Notes: a model not told the origin generated them from the letters alone. Positions 23,788 to 35,087 are shown, numbered from the stretch's first letter. The stretch: 64,000 nt of DNA from Methanobacteriota archaeon (GCA_963720465.1 OY970393.1:992001-1056000), one strand, 5' to 3'. Numbers and translations: made by a program.

Positions 23788-24291
23788 TTAGCCTTCTATA
23801 TAGGCGCGTTCAAGTGCGAGCACGTCGCCAACGGTGTTCGCGCCAGCGTATTCATTGAGGGGTGCCGCGTTCAAGTTCAAAAATGTCGAACCCCATTTGA
23901 ACTTGTTCAAGAGTTCTCTTGCGCGTTGTGATTCCCCGAGGACGTAGAGCGCAGCCGCCAGCGCTTCTACGGTTGTGAGCTCGAACGGCCGCCCATAGTT
24001 CACAGGATTCGCTGCCAAAAGATACGGAAGTCGTCGCCTCGTCCGCGCCCGGAACGACTCAAACACGCGCTCGCGTTGTTTCCAGGAGCAGTCAACCGCA
24101 ACGAGCGTCGTCACAACATCCGCGCGGCATAACGGAGCGGGTGCGGATGGATCAAGGAGCACCGTATGAGAGCCCCACAAGGGTCGCGGCGTCGAGAAAA
24201 GAGTTACGAGATGAAATTTGGCAAGTTTTTTGGCGGTGCACTTCTTCGGATCACACTGCCCTGCGTGAAAGACGTACAGCCGCGTGCTCAT
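23788..24291 (-). CDS. tsr3: 16S rRNA aminocarboxypropyltransferase (DUF367)
   Basis: QCDPKKCTAKKL, DCSW, RRLPYLLAANPVNYG, LTTVEALAAAL. Confidence 0.95.
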   Translation of the reverse strand: MSTRLYVFHAGQCDPKKCTAKKLAKFHLVTLFSTPRPLWGSHTVLLDPSAPAPLCRADVVTTLVAVDCSWKQRERVFESFRARTRRRLPYLLAANPVNYGRPFELTTVEALAAALYVLGESQRARELLNKFKWGSTFLNLNAAPLNEYAGANTVGDVLALERAYIEG

Positions 24292-24303
24292 CTTCAGCGG
24301 GGC

Positions 24304-24684
24304 TTACTCGTGCGAGAGGACATGCGGGAAGACGAGATAATCGAGCTTCAACACTCGCGAAAAACCGCACTCGTCGCAGATCACGTTCATCTTGTGCTCG
24401 TCGAGATGGACGCTGTGCCGTGCGTGTTCTTTGCAGTTCAGACATTCGCTGGTCTTCGCGAAGTCCCACGCATCATATTTCATCCCCACAGGGGCCATCG
24501 GCGGCGTGTCCGTCCCATAAATCACGCTTCGTATGACGTAGTGACGCTGTGCGCCACACGCCGAGCATATAACACTGCCTTGCTTATCCTTAATCCGCAC
24601 AACTTGCGTTGCTTTTGTCTGGCAGTTAAAACAAACGACTTCTTTTTCGAACTGCCATTCTTCCGGTATTATTGTCGCGTGCAT
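24304..24684 (-). CDS. double zinc-ribbon hypothetical protein
   Basis: CFNC...CSACG and CLNC...CDECG. Confidence 0.75.
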   Translation of the reverse strand: MHATIIPEEWQFEKEVVCFNCQTKATQVVRIKDKQGSVICSACGAQRHYVIRSVIYGTDTPPMAPVGMKYDAWDFAKTSECLNCKEHARHSVHLDEHKMNVICDECGFSRVLKLDYLVFPHVLSHE

Positions 24685-24845
24685 AGGCCCACCAGCGCTT
24701 CCACGTATGGCCTTACATGTCTTTTATACACGCCCAATTATATAAGAATATTTAAAAAAAAGTGAGGGTTCAAAAAACGCTCACAACCGTGGGCTTTTTT
24801 GAACGGGGTACAGTCCGTTGCGGCAAAAATCGATACGACGTTGAG

Positions 24846-25148
24846 TTACATCGTACAAAACGACGCAAGCTTGTCCGCAACGTCGCCGGCAGTCCGGATC
24901 GGAAACTCGTCGGCCTTCATTTTAGAAATGTACTCGTGAAGCTCTACTTTTTGACCTTTCATCGAGCACTGCATGCTCCAGCCCTTGGGAAACACGGTCA
25001 TGAGCTGTTCGCGGCTATTTATCGGGAATGGCACCTCGGCTTTCTTCAGCTCGTACACGATTTCAGCCTTGAAATTCTGAATCTCAGAGAGCGCGGGATC
25101 GATACCATAGTCCTCAAATACAGCTTTCTTAGGGGGTTGTTCCGCCAT
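24846..25148 (-). CDS. MTH865-like family protein
   Basis: FPINSREQL...FPKG...C...DEFPIRTAGDVAD pattern; ATG at 25148. Confidence 0.65.
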   Translation of the reverse strand: MAEQPPKKAVFEDYGIDPALSEIQNFKAEIVYELKKAEVPFPINSREQLMTVFPKGWSMQCSMKGQKVELHEYISKMKADEFPIRTAGDVADKLASFCTM

Positions 25149-25367
25149 TATAATCGCCTCAATACAACAGATAGACTCCAAAAATGCTTATACATCAAGC
25201 TATTTCGTAATATGATTACACGATACCTACTTAATGGTTTTGGAAAAAAAGCGAGTCAAACCGAGATTGGATCTCAGTCCAAACGCATTCCTAAAGCACT
25301 TCTCGCCTCGCCGAACCTCCTACTCAGAGACACCAGCACTCAAAGTGCAGCCACAGTCGGCTAACGG

Positions 25368-25793
25368 CTAATCGAACTCGCTGTAGATTTGCTCCATCAA
25401 ATTGGGAAGGCTTGCCAAGACGTCACTACACGAGATAATCCCGAGGATTTCTTGTCCATTGAAGACGGCCAGATGATTCACCCCGCCTTTTCGAAACATC
25501 TTAGCAGCGTACAGGATGGGCATTCCCGGAGATACAATGAAGAGTGGCTTGCTGGCCATCTCTCCGACCGTCACTTTGCCAATATCCACCTCGTCGGCGA
25601 ACAGGTCGACGATATCTCTCTGGGTAATGATGCCAAATGGCTCATCTTTTTCAAGCGGCGACACAATAAAAGCGTCTGTTGCGTCTTCAACCATGCGCCT
25701 TGCCGCATCAACTAGTGATGCACTCGGGTCAATTGTCTGCGCTCTGTGCTTGATAACGTCCCTGACCTTAAGTCGCTTCACGATCCTCACCAC
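25368..25793 (-). CDS. CBS domain pair protein
   Basis: VRDVI, GIITQRDIV, VGEMASKPL, GIISCSDVL. Confidence 0.9.
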   Translation of the reverse strand: MVRIVKRLKVRDVIKHRAQTIDPSASLVDAARRMVEDATDAFIVSPLEKDEPFGIITQRDIVDLFADEVDIGKVTVGEMASKPLFIVSPGMPILYAAKMFRKGGVNHLAVFNGQEILGIISCSDVLASLPNLMEQIYSEFD

Positions 25794-26408
25794 GAGTCAT
25801 TACGCTAACTCCATACATAAAAGCTCGGGCACGGTCGACAGTGCTGAGAATGGATTGCAAAAGAGGAGTTGAGCAGACGTACTGCGCCTTCATTAGATTT
25901 ACGCGTGCAGGTCTGCACGTGCCTAGTGCGCTAACCTGCAACCGTAGAATTTTGGCATTATAGCGGATGTACCGGCTACAACCAACCGAATCCATCCCTA
26001 GCCATATCGATCACCTTTACCCACATGAATCCCCAGCGTCGCATCAAAAAAAATGGCGCATAAGTGACCTAGTTCTTTTATCTATTGTCTAAGAGAAGCA
26101 AAAAAAGGTGCTTATTCTTAGCAATATTGCACCGTAACATATATCGTCCTCCAACTTATATTTACATAATTAATCATAATAAAAATGTAACACCTTGGTG
26201 ACGCAATGTGGATAACGGTGTTATACAGCTAGTCGATAAACTGAAACAAGGAGCAGTAGATCGGTGTCGAGAGCGCGTTTTGCGCGCAGCTGAAAAAGCG
26301 AAATATAGCAATCAAAAAAAGAACGAACGCCACGTTTCAGATCAGGAGATAACCGCACATCTAAAAGCGCGACGCGGGCTATAGGATCAAAACTCCGAAG
26401 AGGCAAAA

Positions 26409-26732
26409 ATGGCTGAAGCAGAACCGTCGATATTGCAGCAGATACGAAGGAAGGAGGTGGAACTAAGCGTAAAGGCGGACCAAGCGCGGCGAGACGCCGA
26501 GCAGATTGTCGCAGACGCTAGAAGGGAAGCCGTTGATATTTTGAAAAAGGCTGAAATTGACGGAAAACAAGCCGCCGACGAGTACTCCAAAAAGAGACTA
26601 GCGGCCGTCCTTAATGAGGTGGAAACCCTGCAACGGCTCGGCAAGGAAGAGGCAGAATTGACAAAACAGGGCGGAGAGCAAAACTTGTCCAAGGCCATAG
26701 AAGTAATTGTGAAAGCGGTGACTCCCGAGTAG
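26409..26732 (+). CDS. atpH: A/V-type ATPase subunit H/G (operon 1)
   Basis: Charged coiled coil, first gene of the operon, GAGG SD. Confidence 0.85.
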   Translation: MAEAEPSILQQIRRKEVELSVKADQARRDAEQIVADARREAVDILKKAEIDGKQAADEYSKKRLAAVLNEVETLQRLGKEEAELTKQGGEQNLSKAIEVIVKAVTPE

Positions 26733-26738
26733 ATCGAT

Positions 26739-28661
26739 ATGCTGCAGAAAATGACTAAGATCCAGGTCATTGGACCAAAAACCGACTTGCACAGCACGGT
26801 TGATTTTCTGTACAACCTAGGAACGGTTCATTTAGAAGACGCGTCGACGACGATCGCTCCGGGAGATACGATGCTGCGACGCGTGCACGCAGGCCCAAAA
26901 GTCGACATCGCGGGCGCGTTAGTCAAAGTCAGCGGGATGTTTCACCTGCTCCCGACTATGCCCGTGAACGAGGCACTAAAGGCTCAAATCTACGAAGGAC
27001 TGCGATGGAAAAATGATGATGAGCTCGTCGGCGAAGCCGACCAAGTTATCAGCGAGCTCGAGACGCTGACCAAAGAGCTAGCAACGCGAAAAAGTGATAT
27101 TGAGTTTACGCTTACGAATCTCGCTCATTACGAAGAAGTTATTCAGAAGCTGCAGCCTCTAGAGTCTCAACTTCCTATTTTAGAGGGGTTTGAGGTCACC
27201 GTAATTCTCATCCAAAGGGAGTTTAAGGATGTCCTCGAGATTGTTCGCTCAGCGCTAGTCGAAATCACGCACAACCAATTTGAGCTCTTGTCCGCGGATG
27301 TCGACGAGGCGACGACGGCTGCGGTGACGGTGTTTAACAAACGGTATTCTGACCAAGTGCACTCGTTTATTTGGTCGCAGAATGTGAATGAAGTTCGACT
27401 CCCGCCCGAGTATCTGGGTAAGCCGTTTGACCAGGTTCTGACGTTAGTCGACGAACAACGGCAGAAAGCAACCGTCGAAATGAGCGCCGTCAACGGGGAG
27501 TTAGCAGAACTGTCGGAGAACTGGTACCCGAAGCTCAGCGTGCTCAAAGAAGTGCTTGAGGACAGGAATGAAGAACTCAGTGTTTTCACCAAGTTCGGGC
27601 AGACGGACTACACGTTCGTGATGCTTGGGTGGGTGCCAAAAAAGCAGCTCGCAAACACTAAAAATGCGCTGAAAGAGGCATTTGAAGGCAGAGTCATCGT
27701 AAACGACCTTACCGTAAGTCGAGAGGAGAGCTACAACGCGCCGTCGTGTTACGACAATCCGCGAATCGTCAAGCCCTTTGAGGCTCTCAGCAATTTGATA
27801 GGTACACCACTGCACGGCGAGATTGAGCCGACACTGCTGCTCGCGTTGTTTTTCCCGTTCTTTTTTGGCCTCATGGTAGGCGACATTGGGTACGGAATCT
27901 GTATACTCGCGTTTGCGCTGGTGGTGAGATGGTTCTATGGGCGACGCAGTAACACAATCAAGCAACTGATGAACATCCTAATCATCTGTTCAATTCCCAC
28001 AATGTTCTTTGGCTACCTCTATGGCGAGTTTTTCGGAAATCTCGGGCAAATGATGGGTTGGATACAGCCCGTAACAATAGCTGGGACGACATTAAATAGG
28101 ATTGACATTATCGTGCCGCTGATCATTTTCACGGTCGCCATCGGGGTATTTCACGTATTCTTTGGCCTCAGCTTAGGGGTAGTGAACGCGCGCAGACGCA
28201 GCAACCAGAAGCTCCTATGTACGAGGGTTGGCATGATGCTCGCCTTGGCCAGCATCATAGTGATTCTGCTCGCGATAGTTGCAGTGGTTCCCTCTATACT
28301 CGTAGCGCCCGGCATAGTTCTGCTCGTCATTGCACTCCCGCTAATCTTCTATGGCGGCGGAATTGCCGGAGCAATAGAAGTCATGAGTACGTTTACAAAC
28401 GTCCTCTCGTACGCGAGACTCATGGCAATAGGGATGGCGTCCGTAGTACTCGCGCTTGTGGCCAATGAGCTAGGAAGCTCAATGGGAATCGTACTGGTAG
28501 GTATTTTGATAGCGGTGTTGCTTCACGGATTAAATGTCGTCCTGTGCATGTTTAGCCCCTCGATTCAAGCACTCAGGCTACATATCGTAGAATTCTATTC
28601 AAAGTTTTATGAGGGCGGGGGCAGAGCGTACGATCCTTTCAAACGGGGGGCGGCAAAGTGA
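26739..28661 (+). CDS. atpI: A/V-type ATPase subunit I/a (operon 1)
   Basis: FFFGLMVGDIGYG, SYARLMA (essential Arg), LRLHIVEFYSKFY. Confidence 0.95.
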   Translation: MLQKMTKIQVIGPKTDLHSTVDFLYNLGTVHLEDASTTIAPGDTMLRRVHAGPKVDIAGALVKVSGMFHLLPTMPVNEALKAQIYEGLRWKNDDELVGEADQVISELETLTKELATRKSDIEFTLTNLAHYEEVIQKLQPLESQLPILEGFEVTVILIQREFKDVLEIVRSALVEITHNQFELLSADVDEATTAAVTVFNKRYSDQVHSFIWSQNVNEVRLPPEYLGKPFDQVLTLVDEQRQKATVEMSAVNGELAELSENWYPKLSVLKEVLEDRNEELSVFTKFGQTDYTFVMLGWVPKKQLANTKNALKEAFEGRVIVNDLTVSREESYNAPSCYDNPRIVKPFEALSNLIGTPLHGEIEPTLLLALFFPFFFGLMVGDIGYGICILAFALVVRWFYGRRSNTIKQLMNILIICSIPTMFFGYLYGEFFGNLGQMMGWIQPVTIAGTTLNRIDIIVPLIIFTVAIGVFHVFFGLSLGVVNARRRSNQKLLCTRVGMMLALASIIVILLAIVAVVPSILVAPGIVLLVIALPLIFYGGGIAGAIEVMSTFTNVLSYARLMAIGMASVVLALVANELGSSMGIVLVGILIAVLLHGLNVVLCMFSPSIQALRLHIVEFYSKFYEGGGRAYDPFKRGAAK

Positions 28662-28888
28662 GAGTCGGGAGGTAGCTTTGTGCAGCGCACGACGTCGAAG
28701 CCATTTGTACGGCGTCGGCAAAAAAAGTCATCAGATCTCTCTGCGAGGGTGAAGGACGTGGACGCAGATACTCGACGAGCGCGGATGCCATTGAGTAGAA
28801 TATTGTTATCCAAGTGGCACATCTGCGTTGGATAACGACGTTACCGCAAGATGCGGTGCTGACAAAAAAAACCATAGGAGTTGGAAAA

Positions 28889-29119
28889 ATGGTACTCGAT
28901 TGGTCGATAGCGATTGGTGCTGGACTAGCTTTTGGGTTAGGTGCGCTCGGAACCGGAATAGCACAGGCAAGAATAGGTGCAGCAGGAGCAGGAGTGATTG
29001 CAGAAAAACCAGAATTATTCGGCTTAGCGCTCGTTTTTGTGGCACTTCCGGAAACTTTAGTCATTTTAGGCTTTGTTGTCGCTGCGATTATCCTTTTCGT
29101 TCTACCTACGATGCCATGA
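28889..29119 (+). CDS. atpK: A/V-type ATPase proteolipid K/c (operon 1)
   Basis: GTGIAQARIGAAG...LPETLVILG; ATG at 28889 after AGGAG. Confidence 0.95.
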   Translation: MVLDWSIAIGAGLAFGLGALGTGIAQARIGAAGAGVIAEKPELFGLALVFVALPETLVILGFVVAAIILFVLPTMP

Positions 29120-29261
29120 TGTTTTGGCCTTTCAATGGAGGTGCCGCCTACCGGGTTTACGATGAAATCTCCTGTTGTTTCAGAACAACAATCGGAGTCT
29201 GGTCGTTAACGCGCAAAAAAACTGCTTATCAAAGGAGAGCCAAAAAAGGCTGTTGGGGCGA

Positions 29262-29846
29262 ATGACCTATGAAAATTTGATTGCTTCGATGGGGGTAAGC
29301 GCTGAAAAGAGCATCACAGGGATTACTCAAAAGGCGCATCAAGAAGCCGTAGAGATAAGGAGAAGCGCAGAAGCAAAGGGTGAGGAGATTAAGGCCTCAT
29401 ACTGCGAGAACGCACAAAAATCGGCTGAGATAGAGCGAAACAAACTGATTTACAACGCCAAGGCCGAAAACAAAATGCGGATCATAAAGGAGAAGGACGC
29501 AGTCATACAACGAGCGTTTTTCGACGCCAAAAAAAGCTTAAACAGTTTTAGAAATGATGCCAGCTACAAGGAAAATTTCAAGAAGATACTCCAAGAAGCG
29601 GTTCGCGAACTCGAAGGAGAGAAGGTGAGCCTTCATATCGATCCGCGAGACGAACCCCTATGCAGGCAGGTGTTAGATGAACTAGGCAGGAACTCCGAGA
29701 TCGTCGGTGATTTGACCAGCGCAGGAGGCTTAGCCGTCAGCACAAAAGACGGAAGGGTGCTCGTCTCCAATACGATTGAATCACGACTAAACAATGCCAA
29801 AGAACTCCTGAAACGAGAGATCTTTTCTACGTTATTCGGTGACTAA
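29262..29846 (+). CDS. atpE: A/V-type ATPase subunit E (operon 1)
   Basis: Coiled coil then SAGGLAVSTKDGRVLVSNTIESRL; ATG at 29262. Confidence 0.92.
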   Translation: MTYENLIASMGVSAEKSITGITQKAHQEAVEIRRSAEAKGEEIKASYCENAQKSAEIERNKLIYNAKAENKMRIIKEKDAVIQRAFFDAKKSLNSFRNDASYKENFKKILQEAVRELEGEKVSLHIDPRDEPLCRQVLDELGRNSEIVGDLTSAGGLAVSTKDGRVLVSNTIESRLNNAKELLKREIFSTLFGD

Positions 29847-30897
29847 GGTGGACTACGAGTACATTGGTGCGCGCATAAGAGGCATGAAAAGCCGACTCCT
29901 TAAGCGGAAAGAACTCGAAGCCTTAGGGGCCAAACTAGACATCAACTCCCTTATCGACGAGTTGGAAAACACGCCGTACCGACAAGACCTAGAAGATGCT
30001 AGTGTCCAACATACCGGTCTCGCGTGCGTCGAAGAGGCGCTGCGGCGGAATCTAGGCAAGACCTTTCGACTGATATTCAGTTTTGTGAAAGGCGAAGACG
30101 CTGAAACACTTATTAACGTATTCCTGAACAAGTGGGACGTCCAAAACATAAAGACGATATTGAGGGGGAAAAATATCCAGGAGGTGCCTGAAGAGATAAC
30201 AGAAAGCCTCGCACCTGCCGGAGCACTTAGCGATGCGACGCTCACCGAGCTGATTAAGCAACCGGATGTCAAAGCGGTTATTGATTTGCTCGCGACATGG
30301 GGGATCGAATATTCGCGGCCGTTGACGCAACATTTTAAGGAATTCAGCGAAACGCGAGAGCTCGTTGTGTTGGAGTATGCTCTAGACAAGTTTTACTACG
30401 ACCACGCTTTACACGCCGTCGCGGGTGATTCTTACGATGAAGGGATCATTCGGGGGATATTAAGGACGGAAATAGACGTGACCAATATAAAAAATGTTTT
30501 GCGGATCATCCGCGACAAGGTTGAACTTGAAGACCCCAAGTACTACTTCATTCCCGGAGGAAAAGAGTTAGACGTCGACAAATTCTCGGCTTTAAGCAAA
30601 ACTCGAACGATGGACGGGGTTACCAAACAATTGGCGGGCAGTTCTTACGACTTCCTCGCCCGCCTTCCAGACCAGTACGTCACCGCAGAAAAGATATCAC
30701 CATTTGAAAAAGAACTCGACAAGTTTGTTTTACAAAAAGCTCTGAGTTTGTTTTCTGGCGATCCGCTAAGCCTTGCGTTGGTCATTGGTTATTTGTGGGC
30801 TAAACTTAACGAGATCACCAACATACGGATCATAGCGATGTGCAAGACCGAGTACGTGCCAGAAAAGGAAGTAATGGAGGAACTGGTATTTGTATAA
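29839..30897 (+). CDS. atpC: A/V-type ATPase subunit C/d (operon 1)
   Basis: YIGARIRGMKSRLL, WDVQNIKTILRG, EITNIRII. Confidence 0.93.
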   Translation: MTKVDYEYIGARIRGMKSRLLKRKELEALGAKLDINSLIDELENTPYRQDLEDASVQHTGLACVEEALRRNLGKTFRLIFSFVKGEDAETLINVFLNKWDVQNIKTILRGKNIQEVPEEITESLAPAGALSDATLTELIKQPDVKAVIDLLATWGIEYSRPLTQHFKEFSETRELVVLEYALDKFYYDHALHAVAGDSYDEGIIRGILRTEIDVTNIKNVLRIIRDKVELEDPKYYFIPGGKELDVDKFSALSKTRTMDGVTKQLAGSSYDFLARLPDQYVTAEKISPFEKELDKFVLQKALSLFSGDPLSLALVIGYLWAKLNEITNIRIIAMCKTEYVPEKEVMEELVFV

Positions 30898-31210
30898 ATT
30901 TGTAGTCGTAACCGACCCAGAGACGGCACCGGGTTTTCGGCTAGCGGGAGTCGAGGTGCTCGAAGCGGCTACCGTGGAAGAGGCAAAGAGCATGATCCCC
31001 CCTTTGTTGTTTAAGGACGACACCGGCATTGTCGCGGTGAACGAGGACTTTATGGCTTCATTGGATGCTAAGCTCATGGAAAAAATCGAAAAGACGCACC
31101 GACCAATAATTATTCCGATACCTTCGAGAACGCGACAGATTGACCGCGCAGACTACATCGAAAGGATGTTGCGCAGGGCGATTGGGTATAACATCGTGGT
31201 GAGGCGATAG
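30890..31210 (+). CDS. atpF: A/V-type ATPase subunit F (operon 1)
   Basis: VVTDPETAPGFRLAGV...RRAIG. Confidence 0.93.
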   Translation: MYKFVVVTDPETAPGFRLAGVEVLEAATVEEAKSMIPPLLFKDDTGIVAVNEDFMASLDAKLMEKIEKTHRPIIIPIPSRTRQIDRADYIERMLRRAIGYNIVVRR

Positions 31211-31213
31211 GAC

Positions 31214-32953
31214 GTGTTGCAGGGATCCATTGCGCGGATTTCGGGCCCGGTCGTCTATGCTCTCGAAATGAGGGGGTCTAAATTGTACGACGTCGTCCGA
31301 GTCGGCGACGAGCAGCTAAACGGCGAGATCATACGATTAGACGCAGATGAAGCCGTCATTCAAGTGTATGAGGACACCTCGGGACTAAAAGTTGGAGAGC
31401 CAGTGGTCAACACCGAGAGTCCGCTGAGCGTCGAGTTGGGTCCCGGAATAATTTCGTCCATATATGATGGGATTCAGAGGCCTCTGCCGATACTAATGGA
31501 AAAAAGTGGAGATTTCATTTCGCGAGGCATCACGTTGCCCGGGGTGGACAGAGACCGAAAGTGGGAGTTCACCGCTTCAGTGCACAAAGGCGATACCCTC
31601 GAATCGGGAGACGTCGTTGGAAGCGTATACGAGTACCACATTGAACACAAGATCATGGTTCCGCCTCACGTCTACGGAACGGTAACCGAAATAAAAAGCG
31701 GAGAATTCACCGTAGAGGAAACGGTGTGTATCTTAGACAATGATAAAAACATAACGCTAACGCAAAAATGGCCGGTGCGAATCGGAAGGCCTTACGCCAA
31801 AAAGCAGGATCCCACATTACCCTTGCTTACGGGACAACGCATTTTTGACAGCATCTTTCCGGTGACCAAAGGCGGCACCGCCATGATTCCTGGCGGATTC
31901 GGCACCGGAAAGACGGTGTCAGAACAAACGCTGGCCAAATGGGCAGATGCTCAGATTATAGTGTACATCGGCTGTGGAGAGCGAGGCAACGAGATGACTG
32001 ACGTGCTTACCGAGTTTCCTGAGCTGGTTGATCCTCGCACCCAACAACCCTTGATCCAAAGAACGATCATGATCGCGAACACCTCAAACATGCCCGTGGC
32101 AGCGAGAGAGGCATCGATTTATACGGGGATTACAATGGCTGAATACTACCGCGACATGGGATATGACGTCGCGCTAATGGCAGACTCGACCTCACGATGG
32201 GGAGAAGCGCTTAGGGAGGTCTCAGGCCGGCTTGAAGAGATGCCTGGTGAGGAGGGATATCCAGCCTATCTCGCGACACGATTGGCCGCCTTTTACGAAC
32301 GTGCCGGTAGGGTTGTTTGTTTAGGCTCTGATGGACGAGCTGGATCTATCACGGTCGTCGGGGCAGTGTCACCACCGGGAGGCGATTTCTCAGAACCGAT
32401 AACACAAAACACGCTGCGGATAGCCGGCGCGTTCTGGGCCTTGGATACCAGCCTTGCGTACAGGAGACATTTCCCGGCCGTCAATTGGATCAACAGCTAT
32501 AGTCTCTACATAGAAAGCGTCCAAGACTGGTTTGCAGAGAGCATCGCGCGCGACTGGAGGGAGCTCCGAGACAAAACGATGTTTCTTCTCCAAAAGGAGG
32601 TCGAATTGCAGGAGATCGTCCAACTCGTGGGCCCCGATGCCTTACCAGAGAGCGAGAAGGCGATTTTAGAGGTAACGAGAATGGTGCGTGAGGACTTCCT
32701 ACAACAAAGCGCGTTTGACGAGGTCGACTCTTTCTGCCCTCTAGAGAAGCAGTACTGGATGTTGAAAGCGATCCTCGCCTTCCACGATGCAATAACCGAT
32801 GCGCTGAGCAAAGGGGTCTCGCTCCAGCAACTGCTCGACTTGCCAGTCAAGACCGATATCGCGCGCATGAAGGAACAAGAAGATGTGGCCACCGTCAAAG
32901 GCCTCCTAGAAAAAATAGAGGCAAGTGTCGCATCTCTCGAGGTCGCACAATGA
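31214..32953 (+). CDS. atpA: A/V-type ATPase catalytic subunit A (operon 1)
   Basis: [33 protein letters not shown]. Confidence 0.98.
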   Translation: MLQGSIARISGPVVYALEMRGSKLYDVVRVGDEQLNGEIIRLDADEAVIQVYEDTSGLKVGEPVVNTESPLSVELGPGIISSIYDGIQRPLPILMEKSGDFISRGITLPGVDRDRKWEFTASVHKGDTLESGDVVGSVYEYHIEHKIMVPPHVYGTVTEIKSGEFTVEETVCILDNDKNITLTQKWPVRIGRPYAKKQDPTLPLLTGQRIFDSIFPVTKGGTAMIPGGFGTGKTVSEQTLAKWADAQIIVYIGCGERGNEMTDVLTEFPELVDPRTQQPLIQRTIMIANTSNMPVAAREASIYTGITMAEYYRDMGYDVALMADSTSRWGEALREVSGRLEEMPGEEGYPAYLATRLAAFYERAGRVVCLGSDGRAGSITVVGAVSPPGGDFSEPITQNTLRIAGAFWALDTSLAYRRHFPAVNWINSYSLYIESVQDWFAESIARDWRELRDKTMFLLQKEVELQEIVQLVGPDALPESEKAILEVTRMVREDFLQQSAFDEVDSFCPLEKQYWMLKAILAFHDAITDALSKGVSLQQLLDLPVKTDIARMKEQEDVATVKGLLEKIEASVASLEVAQ

Positions 32954-34362
32954 CTTTCCCCAGTCTGCTCACCAAAGAGTACAAAACGATCAACTACGTG
33001 TCGGGGCCGTTGATATTCACCGAGAACGTGAAAGGAGTGTCATTCGGAGAGACTGCCAAGATTACACTTCCCAATGGCGAAGAACGGACCGGTCAAGTTC
33101 TGGACGTTTCTCGAGAGCTCGCAGTTATTCAAGTCTTTGAGGGGACTAGCGGCATAGACGACCTTGAAACGCGTGTTAGATTTACTGGGGAACCGCCGAA
33201 AGTGAATGTCTCGTTTGACATGCTTGGAAGGATTTTCGACGGCGTTGGCAACCCGAGAGATGGGGGCCCTGCCATCATTTCAGAAGAAAGCGTGGATATC
33301 GCAGGGACCCCGATAAATCCGTACGCGCGAGACAAACCGGCGGACTTTATTCAAACGGGGATGTCCGCCATCGATGGCTTAAACACCCTCGTCCGTGGAC
33401 AAAAGCTGCCAATATTCTCTGGTTCCGGCTTGCCGGCAAACAGGTTAGCCGCTCAAATCGCGCGCCAGGCGAAGGTGATAGGCGAGGGAGAGAACTTTGC
33501 GGTCATTTTTGCGGCAATGGGCATTACTTACAAGGATGCGTCATTCTTCATGACGGATTTCGAACGGACGGGAGCCCTCGAGCGCGTGGTATTCTTCATG
33601 AATTTGGCAGATGACCCTACTATTGAGCGCGTTGCCACGCCTCGGTGTGCCTTGTCCGTGGCAGAATACCTTGCCTATACCCACAATCTACACGTCCTCG
33701 TTATTCTCACAGACATGACGAATTACTGCGAGGCCTTGAGAGAGATCTCCACCGCACGCGAGGAGGTGCCAGGCCGGCGCGGTTATCCAGGATACATGTA
33801 CACCGACCTTGCGTCGATCTATGAACGCGCAGGACGGATTAAAGGAAAAAGCGGATCCATTACCCAAATTCCCATACTAACGATGCCAGACGATGACATT
33901 ACCCACCCTGTGCCGGATTTGACAGGTTACATTACCGAAGGGCAAATCGTCTTGAGCAGAGATTTGTACCGAAGAGGAGTTGATCCTCCCATCGACGCGC
34001 TTCCGTGCTTGTCTCGACTAATGAACCTGGGGATTGGATCCGAAAAGACCAGGGAAGATCACCGGAACGTAGCAGATCAGCTCTACGCCTCGTACGCCTA
34101 CGGCAGAGATTTGAGACGACTGGTAGCGATTGTCGGGGAGGAGGCGCTGACTGAACTGGATAAGAAATATCTCGAATTCGCAGACGAATTTGAGCAGAGA
34201 TTCATCTCACAGGGAGATGAAGACCGAAATATCGAAACCACCTTCGCGATAGCTTGGGACCTTTTCTCAATGCTTCCTGAGGAAGAGCTCAAGCGGATCA
34301 AGTTGGATTACATTCAAAAATACCATCCGGTCTACAAGGGCAAATCACATGGAACAGGTTAA
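32950..34362 (+). CDS. atpB: A/V-type ATPase subunit B (operon 1)
   Basis: [44 protein letters not shown]. Confidence 0.98.
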   Translation: MTFPSLLTKEYKTINYVSGPLIFTENVKGVSFGETAKITLPNGEERTGQVLDVSRELAVIQVFEGTSGIDDLETRVRFTGEPPKVNVSFDMLGRIFDGVGNPRDGGPAIISEESVDIAGTPINPYARDKPADFIQTGMSAIDGLNTLVRGQKLPIFSGSGLPANRLAAQIARQAKVIGEGENFAVIFAAMGITYKDASFFMTDFERTGALERVVFFMNLADDPTIERVATPRCALSVAEYLAYTHNLHVLVILTDMTNYCEALREISTAREEVPGRRGYPGYMYTDLASIYERAGRIKGKSGSITQIPILTMPDDDITHPVPDLTGYITEGQIVLSRDLYRRGVDPPIDALPCLSRLMNLGIGSEKTREDHRNVADQLYASYAYGRDLRRLVAIVGEEALTELDKKYLEFADEFEQRFISQGDEDRNIETTFAIAWDLFSMLPEEELKRIKLDYIQKYHPVYKGKSHGTG

Positions 34363-35021
34363 TCCGACCAGGATGGAGCTCATCAAGAAGAACGCTCAAA
34401 TAAAGCTAGCGGAGCAAGGAAGAGACCTCTTGCGCGAAAAAATGGACGCCCTCATTCAGGAGTTTTTTCACATTATGGTCTCTGTCTCCAAATCACGAGA
34501 AGAACTAGAGACCGCAGCCGTCGCCGCGCAACGCTCGCTGTGCGTCGCGGAAGCGGTTGACGATCTTACAGCTTTGAAATCCGCTTCTTTTGCCACGAAG
34601 CGATTCCTGACCCTTGACATTCGCGGAAAAAACATAATGGGGGTTCCCGTTCCTCTCGTTGAGCGAAAAACGGTCACAAAAAGTGTACATCGAACGGGGG
34701 TACAGTATGATAGGGACGAGCGGCCGGATTGACGAAACCGCCGAGCGGTATGAAGCGGCGCTAGATCTGATCATCGGGCTCGCAGAAACTGAAACGTCTC
34801 TTCGAAGGCTCGGAGACGAGATTCAAATGAATAGAAGACGCGTAAATGCCCTCGAACAAGTACTCATACCTGAGCTAAAAAGGCAAGCGAAATACATCAA
34901 GATATCAATCGAAGAGCGGGAGAGGGAGGATTTGTATCGGCTAAAGAAGGTTAAAAAGATCCTCGAAAGAAGACGGAACGCCACAAAGAAAAAACAGCCT
35001 GCTTCTATAGGCGCCGCATAA
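34349..35021 (+). pseudogene. atpD: A/V-type ATPase subunit D (operon 1), split by a single-base insertion near 34678-34688 (real or assembly error)
   Basis: PTRMEL...KNIMGVPVP in one frame; ERGYS...RRVNALEQVLIP...EREREDLYRLK in the +1 frame. Confidence 0.88.
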
Positions 35022-35087
35022 TCCGATCGACTGGGCTGTTCGACTGGTAAAAAAACCTCTACACCTTCTCGGGACCGGTAACAAGGA

